A stretch of DNA of 64,000 nt, taken from NCBI RefSeq assembly GCF_009914755.1, contig NC_060936.1; one strand, written 5' to 3'. This document shows, piece after piece, positions 39,443 to 53,540 of the stretch. This DNA is from the human T2T-CHM13v2.0 reference genome, Homo sapiens. The notes beneath the pieces are model-generated. The model was not told the origin of the DNA, searched no databases, and was given only the letters and a program-made list of their open reading frames with translations. Within the stretch, counting starts at the first letter, position 1. Every line of letters begins with the position of its first letter. Made by a program: the position numbers and the translations under genes.

Positions 39443-39756
39443 TTTGGCTTATGCCTTTAATCCCAGCACTTTGGGAGGCCAGGGCAGGAAAATTGCTTGA
39501 GGCCAGGAGTTTGAGACCAGACTGGCCAACATTGTAAAACCCTGTCTCTACTAAAAATACAAAAATCAGCTGGGTGTGGTGGCATGCACCTGTAGTCCCA
39601 GCTACTCTGGAGGCTGAGGCAGGGGAATTGCTTGAACCCAGGAGGCGGGGGTGGCAGGGAGCAGAGATCATGACGCTGTACTTCAGCCTGGGGAGAGGGA
39701 GAAATTCCATCTTAAAAAAAAAAAGAAAGAAAAGAAAAGAAAAAAGAAAAAAAAAG
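39443..39756 (+). mobile_element. Alu (Sz/Jb-like), slightly 5' truncated
   Basis: Dimer with A/GAAAA tail; TSD gaaaatgttgggta at 39429-39442 and 39757-39770. Confidence 0.93.
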
Positions 39757-39904
39757 GAAAATGTTGGGTAGTCTAACTTTTAATATATTTAAAATTAAAC
39801 TAAAACCCAGCATATACTTGGAAGGAGTTTTATCTAGAAATGACAACTTCTAATTTCTCATTTCCTCTGATTGTGTGACCTTTTAATTTTTCTATATAAG
39901 TGTA

Positions 39905-40370
39905 CTAATGATAGTAACTTTAGTGCTAAGCATCAGACAGTGTGCTACGCATTTTTACCAGGATTAGCTCACCAAATCCTCTCAACAACTCAAGAATATG
40001 ACTCTTTTTATAAAATACTTTTATTTTAGGTTCAGGGGTACATGTGCATGTTTGTTATATAGGTAAACTGGTGACACGGGGGTGTGAAGTACTGATTATT
40101 TTATCACCCAGCTACTAAGCCTAGTACCTAATAGTTATTTTTTTTCTGCTCCTCTCTCTCCTCCCACCCTCCACCCTCTGGTAGGCCCCAGTGTGTGTTG
40201 TTCCCAAGAGGGTGACTCTTTTCATCCTCATTTTATAAAAGAACTTGAGGCTCTGATAAATTAAGTGACTTGACCAAGGTCAAATAGTGAATAAGCTGGG
40301 ATTTGAACCCAGGCCTGCCAGTTTCCAAAGCCTGTGCACTTAGCCACAATGCTACATTGCCTCTCACAGT
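39905..40370 (-). mobile_element. MIR SINE split by an L1 3' end
   Basis: ..aaatcctctcaacaac | catcctcattttata..aagtgacttgaccaaggtca..gggatttgaacccagg. Confidence 0.8.
40009..40205 (-). mobile_element. Old L1PA (PA13-16-like) 3' UTR end
   Basis: ttttaggttcaggggtacatgtgc..ggtaaact..ccaccctc..gtaggccccagtgtgtgttgttccc; TSD-like aaga(ata/ggg)tgactctttt. Confidence 0.85.
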
Positions 40371-40959
40371 AACTAAGGGGTTTTTGATTTAATTCATAAA
40401 AATATTAGTATTATTTTAAGCAGTAAGCTTTACTGGTACATTTGAAATTATTCAATTTATTCAAATTTGGTTTAAGCCCAGCTTTTTAGAAATAAATTTG
40501 TTCGGTAAAGTGAGACATATCTGCATTGCTCCAATTTGTTCATACGGTCAGGGATATTAGAAAAGCCCCACCCCAATCATAAGCTATGCTGGTAATGACG
40601 TGGGATTCATGGACATAAAAAATGCTTCATGCACTTTTCCTGAAATATCTATAGGATGATCTTTCAGGACTAGAAAATGTGAGCATTCCCTCAGAGGAAA
40701 ATCTGATAGTTGAGCCTAGAGAAAAATATTTAAAAGAGGATTAAACAGAGGATCTGAATGTGTTTTTCTTATCCTCTTCTAATATCATTTTTCAAACAAT
40801 GATTTTTTTTTGGGAAAATGTATTGAAAGGAAAGATCTTCGGTTTCTTATGGTATACACCTTAGTAAGTCATTTAACCTTTCTGGTCCTGACTACTTCAT
40901 AAAAGGTAGTATAGTGATTATAGGCTCAGGTTCCGAAACCTAACTGCTGAGCTTCTGAT

Positions 40960-41712
40960 CTGGACCTGAGGCTATCTGCATCTGGGTCAGATGTAGATTT
41001 ACCTTCTCTTCCAAAACAACTAGACAACTAGATAACATTGATGCCATTGGGCAGTTACAAAGACATCAGACCATGAAGGACAGGGATTTCTGAGAGATGG
41101 AAAACAAACAAGGTGAGTGCCACAATTGTCCCCCTTGCTGCTGGAAGTGAATTTCCAGGCTGAGGTGCAGGGAAGTGAACCCAGGCCTGGCAAGGCAGTC
41201 TGAGTTGAGAAGACAGAGCTGAGTCCAGAGAGACCAAGGCTTGAGTTTACAGGGTAGAGCACTGGAGAGAAGAGAGCTACGTCAAGCAACAACCCTGGAG
41301 ATCTATAGAGGGTCCTCCTGAGTCTTTAGCTGAGTACTGATCAGCACATCCATGGGAGGTAATTATGCAAGAATGGGGAAAGAATTACCTGAAAGGATTA
41401 GAGGGACCATAATAGGAGCTCACACAGGGCTGGGACCAGTTCCTGTTCCTACCAGCCAGAAGAGAAAATCTCACAATTTATGGGGCATCAGGTACTATGT
41501 TGTGAGGTATTTTGCGTCAGTAGTGAGGAATAATTAGCCTTTGAATAACACTGGTCTTGTCCTGCCCAGAAAACCTTAAAAGCAAGACCTAAAAGAACCA
41601 AAATTTTCCCAAGTATCTTAATTATATTCCAGAATACAAGAAAATAATAGAAAAATATCTAATACCTAACAACTTAAAATTCACAATGTCTGGCTTCCAA
41701 TAAAAAAAAAAA
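40960..41712 (+). mobile_element. L1M (L1MC/MD-type) 5' region fragment inserted in a MIR
   Basis: aaagcaagacctaaaag..aaaattcacaatgtctggcttccaataaaaa typical of the pre-ORF1 region; MIR halves at ~40900-40955 and 41715-41900. Confidence 0.6.
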
Positions 41713-41757
41713 TTTCCGAATCTAAAATTGACCATTTACCAGCTGTGTCTTGTGTAA

Positions 41758-42222
<465 letters not shown>

Positions 42223-42309
42223 AGATTACTCTTATGGTTGTTATTTGTGAAGAACCACATTTCTTACACAAACCTTTGGGATAGTTGTTGAAGACTTTTC
42301 CACCTCTAA

Positions 42310-42648
<339 letters not shown>

Positions 42649-44119
42649 GAGCACTGGTCATTGCTGAGTAAAGATAATTCCTCTAAGACGCAACCACCAC
42701 TTTGGTTTTTAGTAGCATCCCCACCACCCCCAACTTTATGCTAAAAAGTAGTTGGGAATGTACGGAGGGTAACAAGAATTTAAATACTCTACCTTGACAG
42801 ATAAAAATCTGAGTTTCGTGAGTTGCAGACTTTTAGTCAGTGAAAAAAAAAAAAGTAAAAAGAAAATGCAGCCATACAAATGTCATTATTTGAGAGCCTT
42901 TTCTAACAGGAAAGGGGAACACCAGGATTAACTCGAATCTTCTCTTGACTGCCACCATTTGCCAAATCCTTAGTCATGTCATAACTGCCTCCCAGGACCC
43001 CTTACTCACCTAGTATTATTTTTTGGCCTCCTGTCCATTTTCTTCTGTTACCACTCAGTCCATTTGGCCTGCTATATTATTCTAATCCCACCAGGGCCAC
43101 AGGGACCAAGAATGCAGGGGTACATGATGAAGCTCATGCCATATCAGCCAATGATCCCATCTCTGGCTCTGAATGCTGTTATTTTGAACATGTGTGGTTT
43201 GAACAAGTGGTCAGCTCTATTGTCTTCTTAATGCAAGTTCACATTTAGCAAAACAGAATAGAATCTGTTATATTGAATTTGATGTTACAGAGCCTAACAT
43301 AAAAAGGTAAACTAATTGAAGTTACTTTAGATGTATTTATTTTTGTTTCTCTTCATTTTAGTGTATGACTCTTATTTCTGGCATTACACAGATTTTTGAT
43401 GCTTTCTTTTTAAATATATATTTAAGGGTTCTACCCCACTATTTCCTTTCATGACCTTTCTTTCCTTGGTTACTCTATTCTTCATTTTATTTTATTTGCT
43501 TTTTAGATGCTTGCACACTGCACCTCCAAAGGTTGTTAGCATTTGTCAGCTCTCAGAATGACAGTTTTATTCACTATAGGAGACAAGTCATTTTCTTCCT
43601 GAAGAAAGGGGAAGCTAATCTCCTCCCACAGTAACATGTTTTGAGAAATATAATACAGTGGGAAAATGTACCAATTATTTTGCTGCAAATTGTCTCCCTT
43701 CTGTTAGATAGACAATCATATCAACATTTTCGAACACTTTTTTTTGTTGTTGCAGTTTTATAACACAACTTGCCTCCCGCAAAGTTAAACTTGATGTTGT
43801 AAAAAAAAAATGAGTGAATGTTCCATAAACTGTATGAGTGATAATATATTGCTATGTGGTTCTGGGCAGCTATCATTTGAGATTTCATTCCTGTTGATAG
43901 CTTCCACCCAAGCCCTTTAGCAAGAACATTTGTTTTCCATCATTCAGGGGCAGGAGCCAGGAAAATGGCTGAATCACTTACTTATTCTTCATGAATTCGG
44001 TAGGAGAAATTAGATACAGGGTGTTTACTATATATTCATTTTTCTCTGACCTCTTTAATGATTGGAGGGCAGTGGGAAGTGCACAACTTCTTTTTTGAGT
44101 CCACATTTAAAATGGTTTG

Positions 44120-44340
44120 CCCATAACTTTAGATTTAGAATGACTCGAGTTCAAGTCCTGACTCCTGCATATGCTGGCTGAGTCACCTTGGGCAAGTTGC
44201 CTGACCTCTCCAAGGCTTACTTTGTGCATCTGTAAAATGGGAATCGTAATAGCATCTTCCCTAGAGGATGCCTGGGCCAATGCACTCAATGCAGTACCCA
44301 ATATTCAATGAAGAGAGGCATGTTGACCACTGTGATCATA
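44120..44340 (+). mobile_element. MIR SINE
   Basis: gagttcaagtcctg..accttgggcaagtt..catctgtaaaatggg. Confidence 0.8.
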
Positions 44341-44537
44341 ACCATGGTCTTCGATACATATTTTAAGTTAAGTGACTTTAAAATAATTATAATCTCTTTT
44401 AACATAAAATTAGCAGTGTGCAAAATCCATTTTTTTCTCAATAGAGTAGATCTATACTGTAAACATGCTTAGCATATGTGAAAGTGGCTATACAGTTCCT
44501 AATACATAGAAGGTGTCTGGTCCATATTATTTCCCTC

Positions 44538-44899
44538 TGTCTTAGTCCATTTGGCCTGCTATAACAAAATACCATAGACTGAGTGGGTTATAGACAACAA
44601 AAACTTATTTCTCACAGTTTTGGAGGCTGGGTAGTCCAAGATCAGTAGATGATTTTGGTGCCAGTAGATTCAGGGTCTGGTGCCAGTAGATTCAATGTCT
44701 GGTGAGAACTCCCATTCTGGAAGAAGGGTTGAAGGAGCTCTCCAGGGCCTCTTTCATGAGGGCACTAATCCCATTTATGAGGACAATGCCCTCATGACCC
44801 AGTCATTTACCAAAGGCCCCACCTTCTACTAACATCATATTAGGGGATAGAATTTCAACATATGAATTTTGGGGAGACACAAGCCTTCAGTCTATACCA
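44538..44899 (-). mobile_element. MLT1A/A0 MaLR solo LTR with a 22-bp-period internal duplication
   Basis: tgtcttagtccatttggcctgctataacaaaataccatagact..gggcactaatcccatt..; tggtgccagtagattca at 44656 and 44678. Confidence 0.9.
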
Positions 44900-44949
44900 C
44901 CTACTGTATCTGAAGGTAGGTGAATCTAAATTGATAAAAATTCTAACTT

Positions 44950-45648
44950 TTTAAAAACAAATGTAGAGGCAATACAATGGATAAAAGATAGTTTTTTCAA
45001 GAATGGTGCTGGAAAAACTGAACATCCACAAGCAAAAAGAAAATAAAAGGAATCTAGACACAGACCACCTTATTCTTTTCAGAAAAATTAACTCACAGTG
45101 GATCACAGACCTAAATGTAAAATGCAAAACTATGAAACTCCTAGAAGATAACATAGGAGAAAATCTAGATAACTTTGAGTTCGATAATGACTTTTTAGGT
45201 ATAACTTAAAGGCACAATCCATGAAAGAAATAGTTGATAAGCTGGACATCATTGAAATTAAAAGTTTCTCCTTTGTGAAAGACTTTGTCAAGAGAAAAAA
45301 AGATAAGCCATAGACTGGGAGAAAATATTTGCAAAAGGCATACCTGATAAAGGACTGTTATTCAAAATATACAAAAAACTCTTAAAACTGAACAATAAGA
45401 AAACAAACAACCCAATTTAAAAATGAGCCAAAGACCTTAGCAAATACCTCACTAAAGAAGATATACAGGTGACAAATAAGCATATGAAAAGATGACCCAT
45501 AACATTTGTCATCAGGGAAATGCAAATGAAAACAATATGAGAAGCCACTACACACTCATTATAATGGCACAAATTCAGAACACTGACAATGTCAAATGCT
45601 GGTGAGGATGTGGAGCCACAGGAACTCTCATTCATTGATACCGGGAAT
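44950..45648 (+). mobile_element. L1MC1-like element, ORF2 3' part (left piece)
   Basis: ORF 45003-45209 KINSQWITDLNVKCKTMKLLEDNIGENL is L1 ORF2. Confidence 0.88.
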
Positions 45649-48600
45649 TTATTTTATTTTATTTTTTATTTCTATAGGTTACTGGGGAACAGGTGGTGTT
45701 TGGTTGCATGAGTAAGTTCTTTAGTAGTGATTTGTGAGATTTTGGTACACCCATCACTGGAGCAGTAACACAGCTATTTGTGTCTTTTATCTCTCACCCA
45801 CTTCTGACCTTTTCCCCCTGAATCCCCAAAGTCCATTGTGTCATTCTTATGCCTTTGCATCCTCATAACTTAGCTCCCACTTATGAGTGAGAACCTACAA
45901 CGTATGATTTTCCACTCCTGAGTTATTTCACTTAGAATAATAGTCTCCAATCTCAATCTCATCCAGGTCGCTGCAAATGCCATTAATTCATTCCTTTTTA
46001 TGGCTGAGTAGTATTCCATCATATATATACCACAGTTTGTTTATCTACTCGTTGATTGATGGGGATTTGGGTTGGCTCTACGTTTTTGCAGTTGTGAATT
46101 TTTCTGTTATAAACATGCATGTGCAAGTATCTTTTTTGTATAATGACTTCTTTTCCTCTGGGTAGATACCCAGAGGTGTTATTGCTGGATCAAATGGTAG
46201 TTCTACTTTTAGTTCTTTAAGGAATTTCCACACTGTTTTCCATAGTGGTTGTACTAGTTTACATTCCCACCAGCAGTGTAGAAGTGTTCCCTGTTCACCA
46301 CATCCACACCAACATCTACTATTTTTTAATTTTTTTGATTATGGCCATTCTTGCAGGAATAAGGTGGTATTGCATTTTGGTTTTGATTTGCATTTCCCTG
46401 ATCATTAGTGACATTGAGCATTTTTTGTGTGTTTGTTGGCCATTTGTATATCTTCTTTTTAAAATTGTCTATTCATATCCTTAGCCCACTTTTTGATGGG
46501 ATTGTTTGTTTTTATCTTGTTGATTTGTTTAAGTCCATTGCAGATTCCGGATATTAGTCTTTTGTCAGAGGTACAAATTGTGAAGATTTTCTCCCACACT
46601 GTGTGTTGTCTGTTTACTCTGCTGACTGTTCCTTTTGCCATGCAAAAACTTTAGCTTAATTAAGTCTCAGCTATTTATCTTTGTTTTTATTTCATTTGCT
46701 TTTGGGTTCTTGGTCATGAAATCTTTGCCTAAGCCAATGTCTGGAAGGGTTTTATCTGATGTTATCTTCTAGAATTTTTATAATTTCAGGTCTTAGATTT
46801 AAGTCTGTAATCCATCTTGAGTTGATTTTTGTATAAGGTGAGAGATGAGGCTCCAGTTTCATTCTACATGTGGCTAGTCAATTATCCCAGCACCATTCGC
46901 TGAAAAGGGTGTTCTTTCCCCACTTTATATTTTTGTTTGCTTTGTCAAAGATCAGTTGGCTGTAAGTATTTGGGTTTATTTCTGGGTCCTCTATTCTGTT
47001 CCGTTGGTCTATGTGCCTATTTTTATACCAGTACCATGCTGTTTTGGTGACTGTGGCCTTATAGTATAGTTTGAAATCAGGTAATGTGATGCCTCCAGAT
47101 TTGTTATTTTTGCTTAGTCTTGCTTTGGCTATGCAGGTTCTTTTTTGGTTTCATATGAATTTTAGAATTTTTTTTTTCTAATTCTGTGAAGAATGATGGT
47201 GGTATTTCAATGGGAATTGCATTAAATTTGTAGATTGCTTTTGGCAGTATGATCATTTGCACAATATTGATTTTACTCATCCATGAGCATGGGATGTGTT
47301 TCCATTTGTTTATGTCATCTATGATTTCTTTTAGCAGTGTTTTGTAGTTTCCCTTGCAGAGTCTTTCACCTCCTTGGTTAGGTGTATTCCTAAGTATTTT
47401 ATTTTTGCATCTATTATAAAAGAGGTTGAGTTCTTGATTTGATTCTCAGCTTGGTCACTATTGGTGTATAAAAGAGCTACTGATTTGTGTACATTAATTT
47501 TGTATCTGGAAACTTTGCTGAATTCTTTTATCAGTTCTAGGAGCTTTCTGGAGGAGCCTTTATGATTTTCCAGGTAAACAGTTGTATCATCAGCAAACAG
47601 CGACAGTTTGACTTCCTCTTTACCAATTTGGATGCCCTTCATTTCTTTCTCTTGTCTGATTGCTCTGGCTAGGACTTCCAGTATTATGTTGAAGAGCAGT
47701 GGTGAGAGTGGGCATCCTTGTCTTGTTTCAGTTCTCAGTGGAAATGCTTTCAACTTTTCCCCATTCAGTATTATGTTGGCTGTGGGTTTGTCATAGATGG
47801 ATTTTATTATATTGAGATATGTCCTTTGTATGCTGATTTTGCTGAGAGTTTTAATCATAAAGGGATGCCGGATTTTGTTGAAAGCTTTTTCTGCATCTAT
47901 TGAGATGATCATGTGATTCTTGTTTTTAATTCTCTTTTTGCGGTATATCACATTTATTGACTTGCGTATGTTAAACCTGGTATGAATTCTGCATTCCTCT
48001 TAGCACATCATACCAGGAAACCTGCATTCCTGGTATGAAATCTGCTTAATCATGGTGGATTATCTTTTTGATATGTTGGATTTGGTTAGCTAGTATTTTG
48101 TTAAGGATTTTTGCATCTATGTTCATAAGGGATATTGATCTGTAGTTTTCTTTTTCAGTTATGTCCTTTCCTGGTTTTGGTATTAGGGTGATTCTGGCTT
48201 CATAGAATGATTTAGGGAGGATTCCCTCTTTATCTATCTTGTGGAATAGTGTTAATAGGATTGGTAACGATTCTTCTTTGAATGTCTGGTAGAATTCTGC
48301 TGTGAATCTGTCTGGTCCTGAACTTTTTTTTTTGGTAATTTTTTTTATTATCATTTCAATCTCACTGCTGGTTATTGGTCTGTTCAGGGTATCTAATTCT
48401 TCCTGATTTAATCTGGGAGGGTTTTATCTTTCCAGGAATTTATCCATCTTTTCTAGGTTTTCTAGTTAATGCATGTAAAGGTGTTCATAGTAGCCTTGAA
48501 TGACCTTTTGTATTTCTGTGGTGTCAGTTGTAACATCTCCCATTTCATTTCTTATTGAGCTTATTTGGATTTTCTCTCTTCTTTTCTTGGTTAATCTTGC

Positions 48601-51203
48601 TAATGGTCTATCAATTTTATTTATCTTTTCAAAGAACCAGGTTTTTGTTTCATTTATCTTTTGTATTTTTTTGGTTTCAATTTCATTTAGTTCTGCTCTG
48701 ATCTTGGTTATTTCCTTTCTTCTGCTGGGTTTGGGTTTGGTTTGTTCTTGTTTCTCTAGTTCCTTAAAGTGTGACCTTAGATTGTCTGTTTGTGCTCTCT
48801 CAGACTCTTTGATGTAGGCATTTAGGGCTATGGACTCTCCTCTTAGCACTGCCTGTGCTGTGTCCCAGAGGTTTTGATAGGTTTTGTCACTATTGTCATA
48901 TAGTTCAAAGAATTTTTTAATTTCTATCTTGATTTCATTTTTGACCCAATGATCATTCAGGAGCAGGTTATTTAATTTCCATGTATTTGCATGGTTCTGA
49001 AGGTTCCTTTTGGAGTTTATTTCCAGTTTTATTCCACTGTGGTCTGAGAAAGTGCTTGATATAACTTCAATTTTCTTAAATTTATTAAGGCTCGTTTTGT
49101 GGCCTATCATATAGTCTATCTTGGATAAAGTTCCATGTGCTGTTGAATAGAATGTATATTCTGCAGTTGTTGGATGGAATGTTCTGTATATATCTGTAAA
49201 GCCCATTTGTTCCAGGGTATAGTTTAAATTAATTGCTTCTTCGTTGACTGTCTTGATGAACTGTCTAGTGCTGTCAGTGGAGTATTGAAGTCCCCCACTA
49301 TTATTGCGTTGCTGTCTATCTCATTTCTTAGGTTTATTAATAATCATTTTATAAATTCAGGAGCTCCAGTGTTAGGTGCATATATATTTAGGATTGTGAT
49401 ATTTTCCTGTTGGACAAGACCTTTTATCATTATATAATGTCCCTTTTTCTTTTTTAACTGCTATTGCTTTAAAGTTTGTTTTGTCTGAATAGGAATAGCT
49501 ATTTCTGCTCACTTTTCATGTCCATTTGTCCAAAATGTCTTTTTTCCACCCCTTTACCTTAAGTTTGTGTGAGTCTTTATGTGTTAGGTGAGTCTCTTGA
49601 AGGCAGCAGATAGTTGGTTGGTGAATTCTTACCCATTCTGCAATTATGTATCTTTTAAGTGGAGCATTTAGGCCATTTATATTCAATGTTAGTATTGAGA
49701 CGTGAGGTACCATTCCATTCATCATGCTATTTGTTGCCTATATACCTTGGTTTTTTGTTTTTGTTTTTTAATTGTATTTTTGTTTTATTGTATTTTTGTT
49801 AAATCCTGTGAGATTTATGCTTTAAAGAGGTTCTGTTTTGATGTGTTTCCAGGATTTGTTTCAAGATTTAGAGCTCCTTTTAGCAGTTTTGGTAGTTGTG
49901 CCTTGGTAGTGATGAATTCTCTCAGCATTTGTTTGTCTGAAGAAGACTGTATCTTTCCTTCATATGTGAAACTTATTTTCGCTGGATATAAACTTCTTGG
50001 CTGGTAATTGGTTTGTTTGAGGAGGCTGAAGATAGGGCTCCAAGCCCTTCTAGCTTGGAGGGTTTCTGCTGAGAAAGCTGCTGTTAATCTGACAGGTTTT
50101 CCCTTATAGGTTACTTGGTGCTTTTGTCTCACAGATCTTAAGATTCTTTCCTTTGTCTTAACTTTAGATAACCTGATGACAGTGTGCCTAGGCTATGATT
50201 TTTTTGTGATGAATTTCCCAGGTGTTCTTTGTGCTTCTTGCATTTGGATGTCTAGGTCTGTTGCAAGGCTGAGGAAGTTTTCCTCAATTATTCCCCCAGA
50301 TACGTTTTCCAAACTTTTAGATTTCTCTTCTTCCTCAGGAACGTCAATTATTCTTAGGTTTGATTGTTTAACATAATCCCAGACTTCTTCGAGGTTTTGT
50401 TCATATTTTCTTACTCTTTATTCTTTGTTTTTGTTGGATTCGGTTAATTTGAAGACCTGTCTTCAAGCTCTGAATGTCTTTATTCTACTTGTTCAGTTCT
50501 ATTGCAGACTTTCCAGAGAATTTTGCATTTCTATAAGTGTGTCCATTGTTTCCTGAAGTTTTTATTGTTTTTTATTTATGCTATCTATTTCCTTGAATAT
50601 TTCTCCCTTCACTTCTTGTATCATTGTTTTTTCTGTTTGTTTGTTTTTGTTTTTTTTTTTTTTTGGATTTCCTTACATTGGGCTTCACCTTTCTCTGGTT
50701 CCTCCCTGATGAGCTTAATAACTAACCTCCTAAATTCTTTTTCAGGTAGGTTAGGGATTTCTTCTTGGTTCGAATCAATTGCTGGTGAGCTAGTGTGATT
50801 TTTTTTGGAGGTATTAAAGAATCTTGTTTTGTCATATTACCAGAGTTGGTTTTCTGGTTACTTCTCATTTTGGTAGACTTTGTCAGAGAGAAAGTCTAGG
50901 GTTGAAGGCTGTTGTTCAGATTCTTTTGTCCCACAGGCTGTTCCCTTGATGTAGTACTCTCCCTTTTCTCTATAGATGTGGCTTTCTGAGAGCTGAGGGG
51001 TAGTGATTTTTATCTCTCTTCTGGGTCTAGCCACCCAGCAAGTCTACCGGGCTCTGGGCTGGTACTGGGAGCTGTCTGCACAGAGTCCTGTGATGTTAAT
51101 CCTCTGTGGGTCTCTCAGCCGTGGATACCAGCACAGTATTTGGGGTGTATTCTGGGTCCTACAGGGGCAATCTGCTTCCTTCAGGAGGTCTGTGGGTCCT
51201 TTC
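45649..51203 (-). mobile_element. Near full-length L1PB1-type LINE-1 (~5.5 kb), decayed ORF1 and ORF2
   Basis: ORF1 C-terminus (49815-50132), endonuclease start ILTLNINGLN (49516-49725), RT SLFADD (47331-47951), L1PB1-type 3' UTR ggggaacaggtggtgtttgg. Confidence 0.95.
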
Positions 51204-51975
51204 TGGTGCAGTCATTTTGGAAGACAGTTTGGAAGTTTCTTACAAAACTAATCATACTCTTATCATATTATCCAGCAATCACACTCCTTAGTATCTGCCC
51301 AAAGGAATTGAAAACTTATGTTCATACAATAACCTGCACATGCATGTTTATAGTAGCTTTATTCATAATTACTCAAATTTGGAAGCAATCAGATGTTCTT
51401 GAGTAGGTGAATGAATAAATAAACTGTGGTGCATCCAGACAATGGAATATTATTCAGTGTTAAAAAGAAATGACTTATTAAGTCATGAAAAAACATGGAG
51501 GAAACCTAAATGCATGTTACTAAGTGAAAGAAACCAATCTGAAAAGGCTACATACAGTTTGATTTCAAGTATATGACACCCTGGAAAATGCAAAACTAGA
51601 GACAATAAAAAAGATCATTGGTAGCCAGGAATTGATAGAGGAGGCAGGGACGAATAGGCAATGCATAGAGGATTTTTTTAAGACACTGAAAATACTTTAT
51701 ATGATGTTATAATGATGGATATATGTCACTATGTAGTTGTCCAAACCCACAGAATATGCAACACCAAAAGTGAATCCTAATGTAAACTATACACTTTGGG
51801 TGAAATGAGGTGTCAATGTGGGTCCATCAATTGTAACAAAAGTACCACTGTGTGGGGGATGTTGATCATGGGGGAAGCTATACTTGTGAAGGAGCAGGAA
51901 ATGTAAGGGAAATCTCTGTACCTTCTGCTCAGTTTTATTGTAAAGTTAAAACTGCTCTAAAAAGTTAGTCTATTG
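51204..51975 (+). mobile_element. L1MC1-like element, ORF2 end and 3' UTR (right piece)
   Basis: Resumes at tggtgcagtcattttggaagacag; gtccaaacccacagaat..cctaatgtaaactat..aaactgctctaaaaa 3' UTR. Confidence 0.9.
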
Positions 51976-53270
51976 ACAAGTGTAAAAACTCAGATTAATA
52001 ATTCAACCTGATCACTGAAAAGTATTTAACCCGCAGGGCCTACTTCAATGATTTGATAACATCTTAAAACTTTCTAGAGATTGAAGATACTTTGTAATTT
52101 ATCTAATTCAATCATTGAGTTTTATAATTGAGGAAACTAAGATCTAAAGAGTTTCCTTTTTTTCAAGATTGTATGATACAAGCTTTTGTTCACAGAGTCA
52201 GGATGTGTTCAGATTTCTTCCAGCCTAATTGAGCACTTTTTCTATGATATCTTTCTGTCTCTTATTGGCTCTTTTGAAATTTTAGCATAATTTTATGCAA
52301 ACAATGTATATATATATCTTGGGGTCTCAATGTATATATTCAGGGGCCTCATAATAAGTTACCCATCCTCACTGCACTACTACTTAGAATATTAATTTGC
52401 TTTAAAATTCCTTGCTCAGTAAAGTTCCAAACAGTTACAAATTTGGAATTAGTGTTATCCAAATGACTATTACTGTATTTTAATAGTGCCTGTAATTTCA
52501 TTGTGCTTTATAAGATTTTTAACAGGATACATTTTGTTTACATACCTGTGCATTTTCCCATCTTGAAAAGATAAAAATTAAGCTTTTTAAAGCTAATAAC
52601 TCAAGGAGAAACCCAACCAGGTTTTAATTTGACAACGTTAGTCACGTGCATGCCAGAATCACAGCTTGCATTTTCCCCCTTACTATGCAATTATCTGTAA
52701 ATACTGTATGTGCTTGGCTAAAATGCTAGGAAGTCTACAATTACATTAATGTAGCTCCTTAATTGCATATAATGAGATTTTCAGGCTACTGCAACCTATC
52801 ACATTTATCATATTCTTAATAAAATTATTCAGTTTTTGTCTAAGGCCTTTTTATTTACTCTTCATTTAATTTAGAGGAACTCTAAAAAATAATTCAATTC
52901 TTGAGAAATTAAATCATTTTGGATGAAGGAGGAAAATATGAAATCCAGGTTAAGAACTGAATCTACTTATGAAGCAGTTACCAAAAACTCCAAGTCTCAA
53001 TGATGAAACATTTTGTGCCCCAGGTGGCAAACATTAACAAGTGAGTCATGCTAGGGCTCTTTGCTTGTAAGATTCCCAGCTGTCCTTTGGGGCAAAATAT
53101 GAATGTTTGTAACCCCTTTGATGTCTAAAACAGGTATCCCTTGGTATATAAAGTAGATATGTTATCCTCCAAAAGTTATTACCTTTAAGGCAAATATCTT
53201 CTCATTAGTCCCATTTGCACTGATGGCCATTAAGAAATCCAACTCATATTTCAGGACCAAAGAATCTCAA

Positions 53271-53272
<2 letters not shown>

Positions 53273-53343
<71 letters not shown>

Positions 53344-53540
53344 CACATATATATGTATGTGTATATATATGTATTTATATTTTCAAATATATATATTTCA
53401 AATATATATATTTATATTTTCAAATATATATATTTCAAATATATATATTTATATTTTCAAATATATATATATTTCAAAATATATGCTCATCACACCTGTT
53501 ACTTGCTCAAAAATATATTGAAATATATATATTTGAAATC
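53273..53540. repeat. (TA)n/(CA)n microsatellite plus AT-rich minisatellite with an inverted terminal unit
   Basis: ~20 TA units and ~10 CA units, then repeated tttcaaatatatata units. Confidence 0.92.

Noticed and set aside
47331-50132. Long ORFs with endonuclease and RT motifs
   Set aside because: Fragmented L1PB1 ORF1/ORF2 with multiple stops and frameshifts; not retrotransposition-competent.
53017-53030. CTCF-like words (here and at ~8205-8219)
   Set aside because: Two or more mismatches at core positions; cannot be supported without ChIP data.
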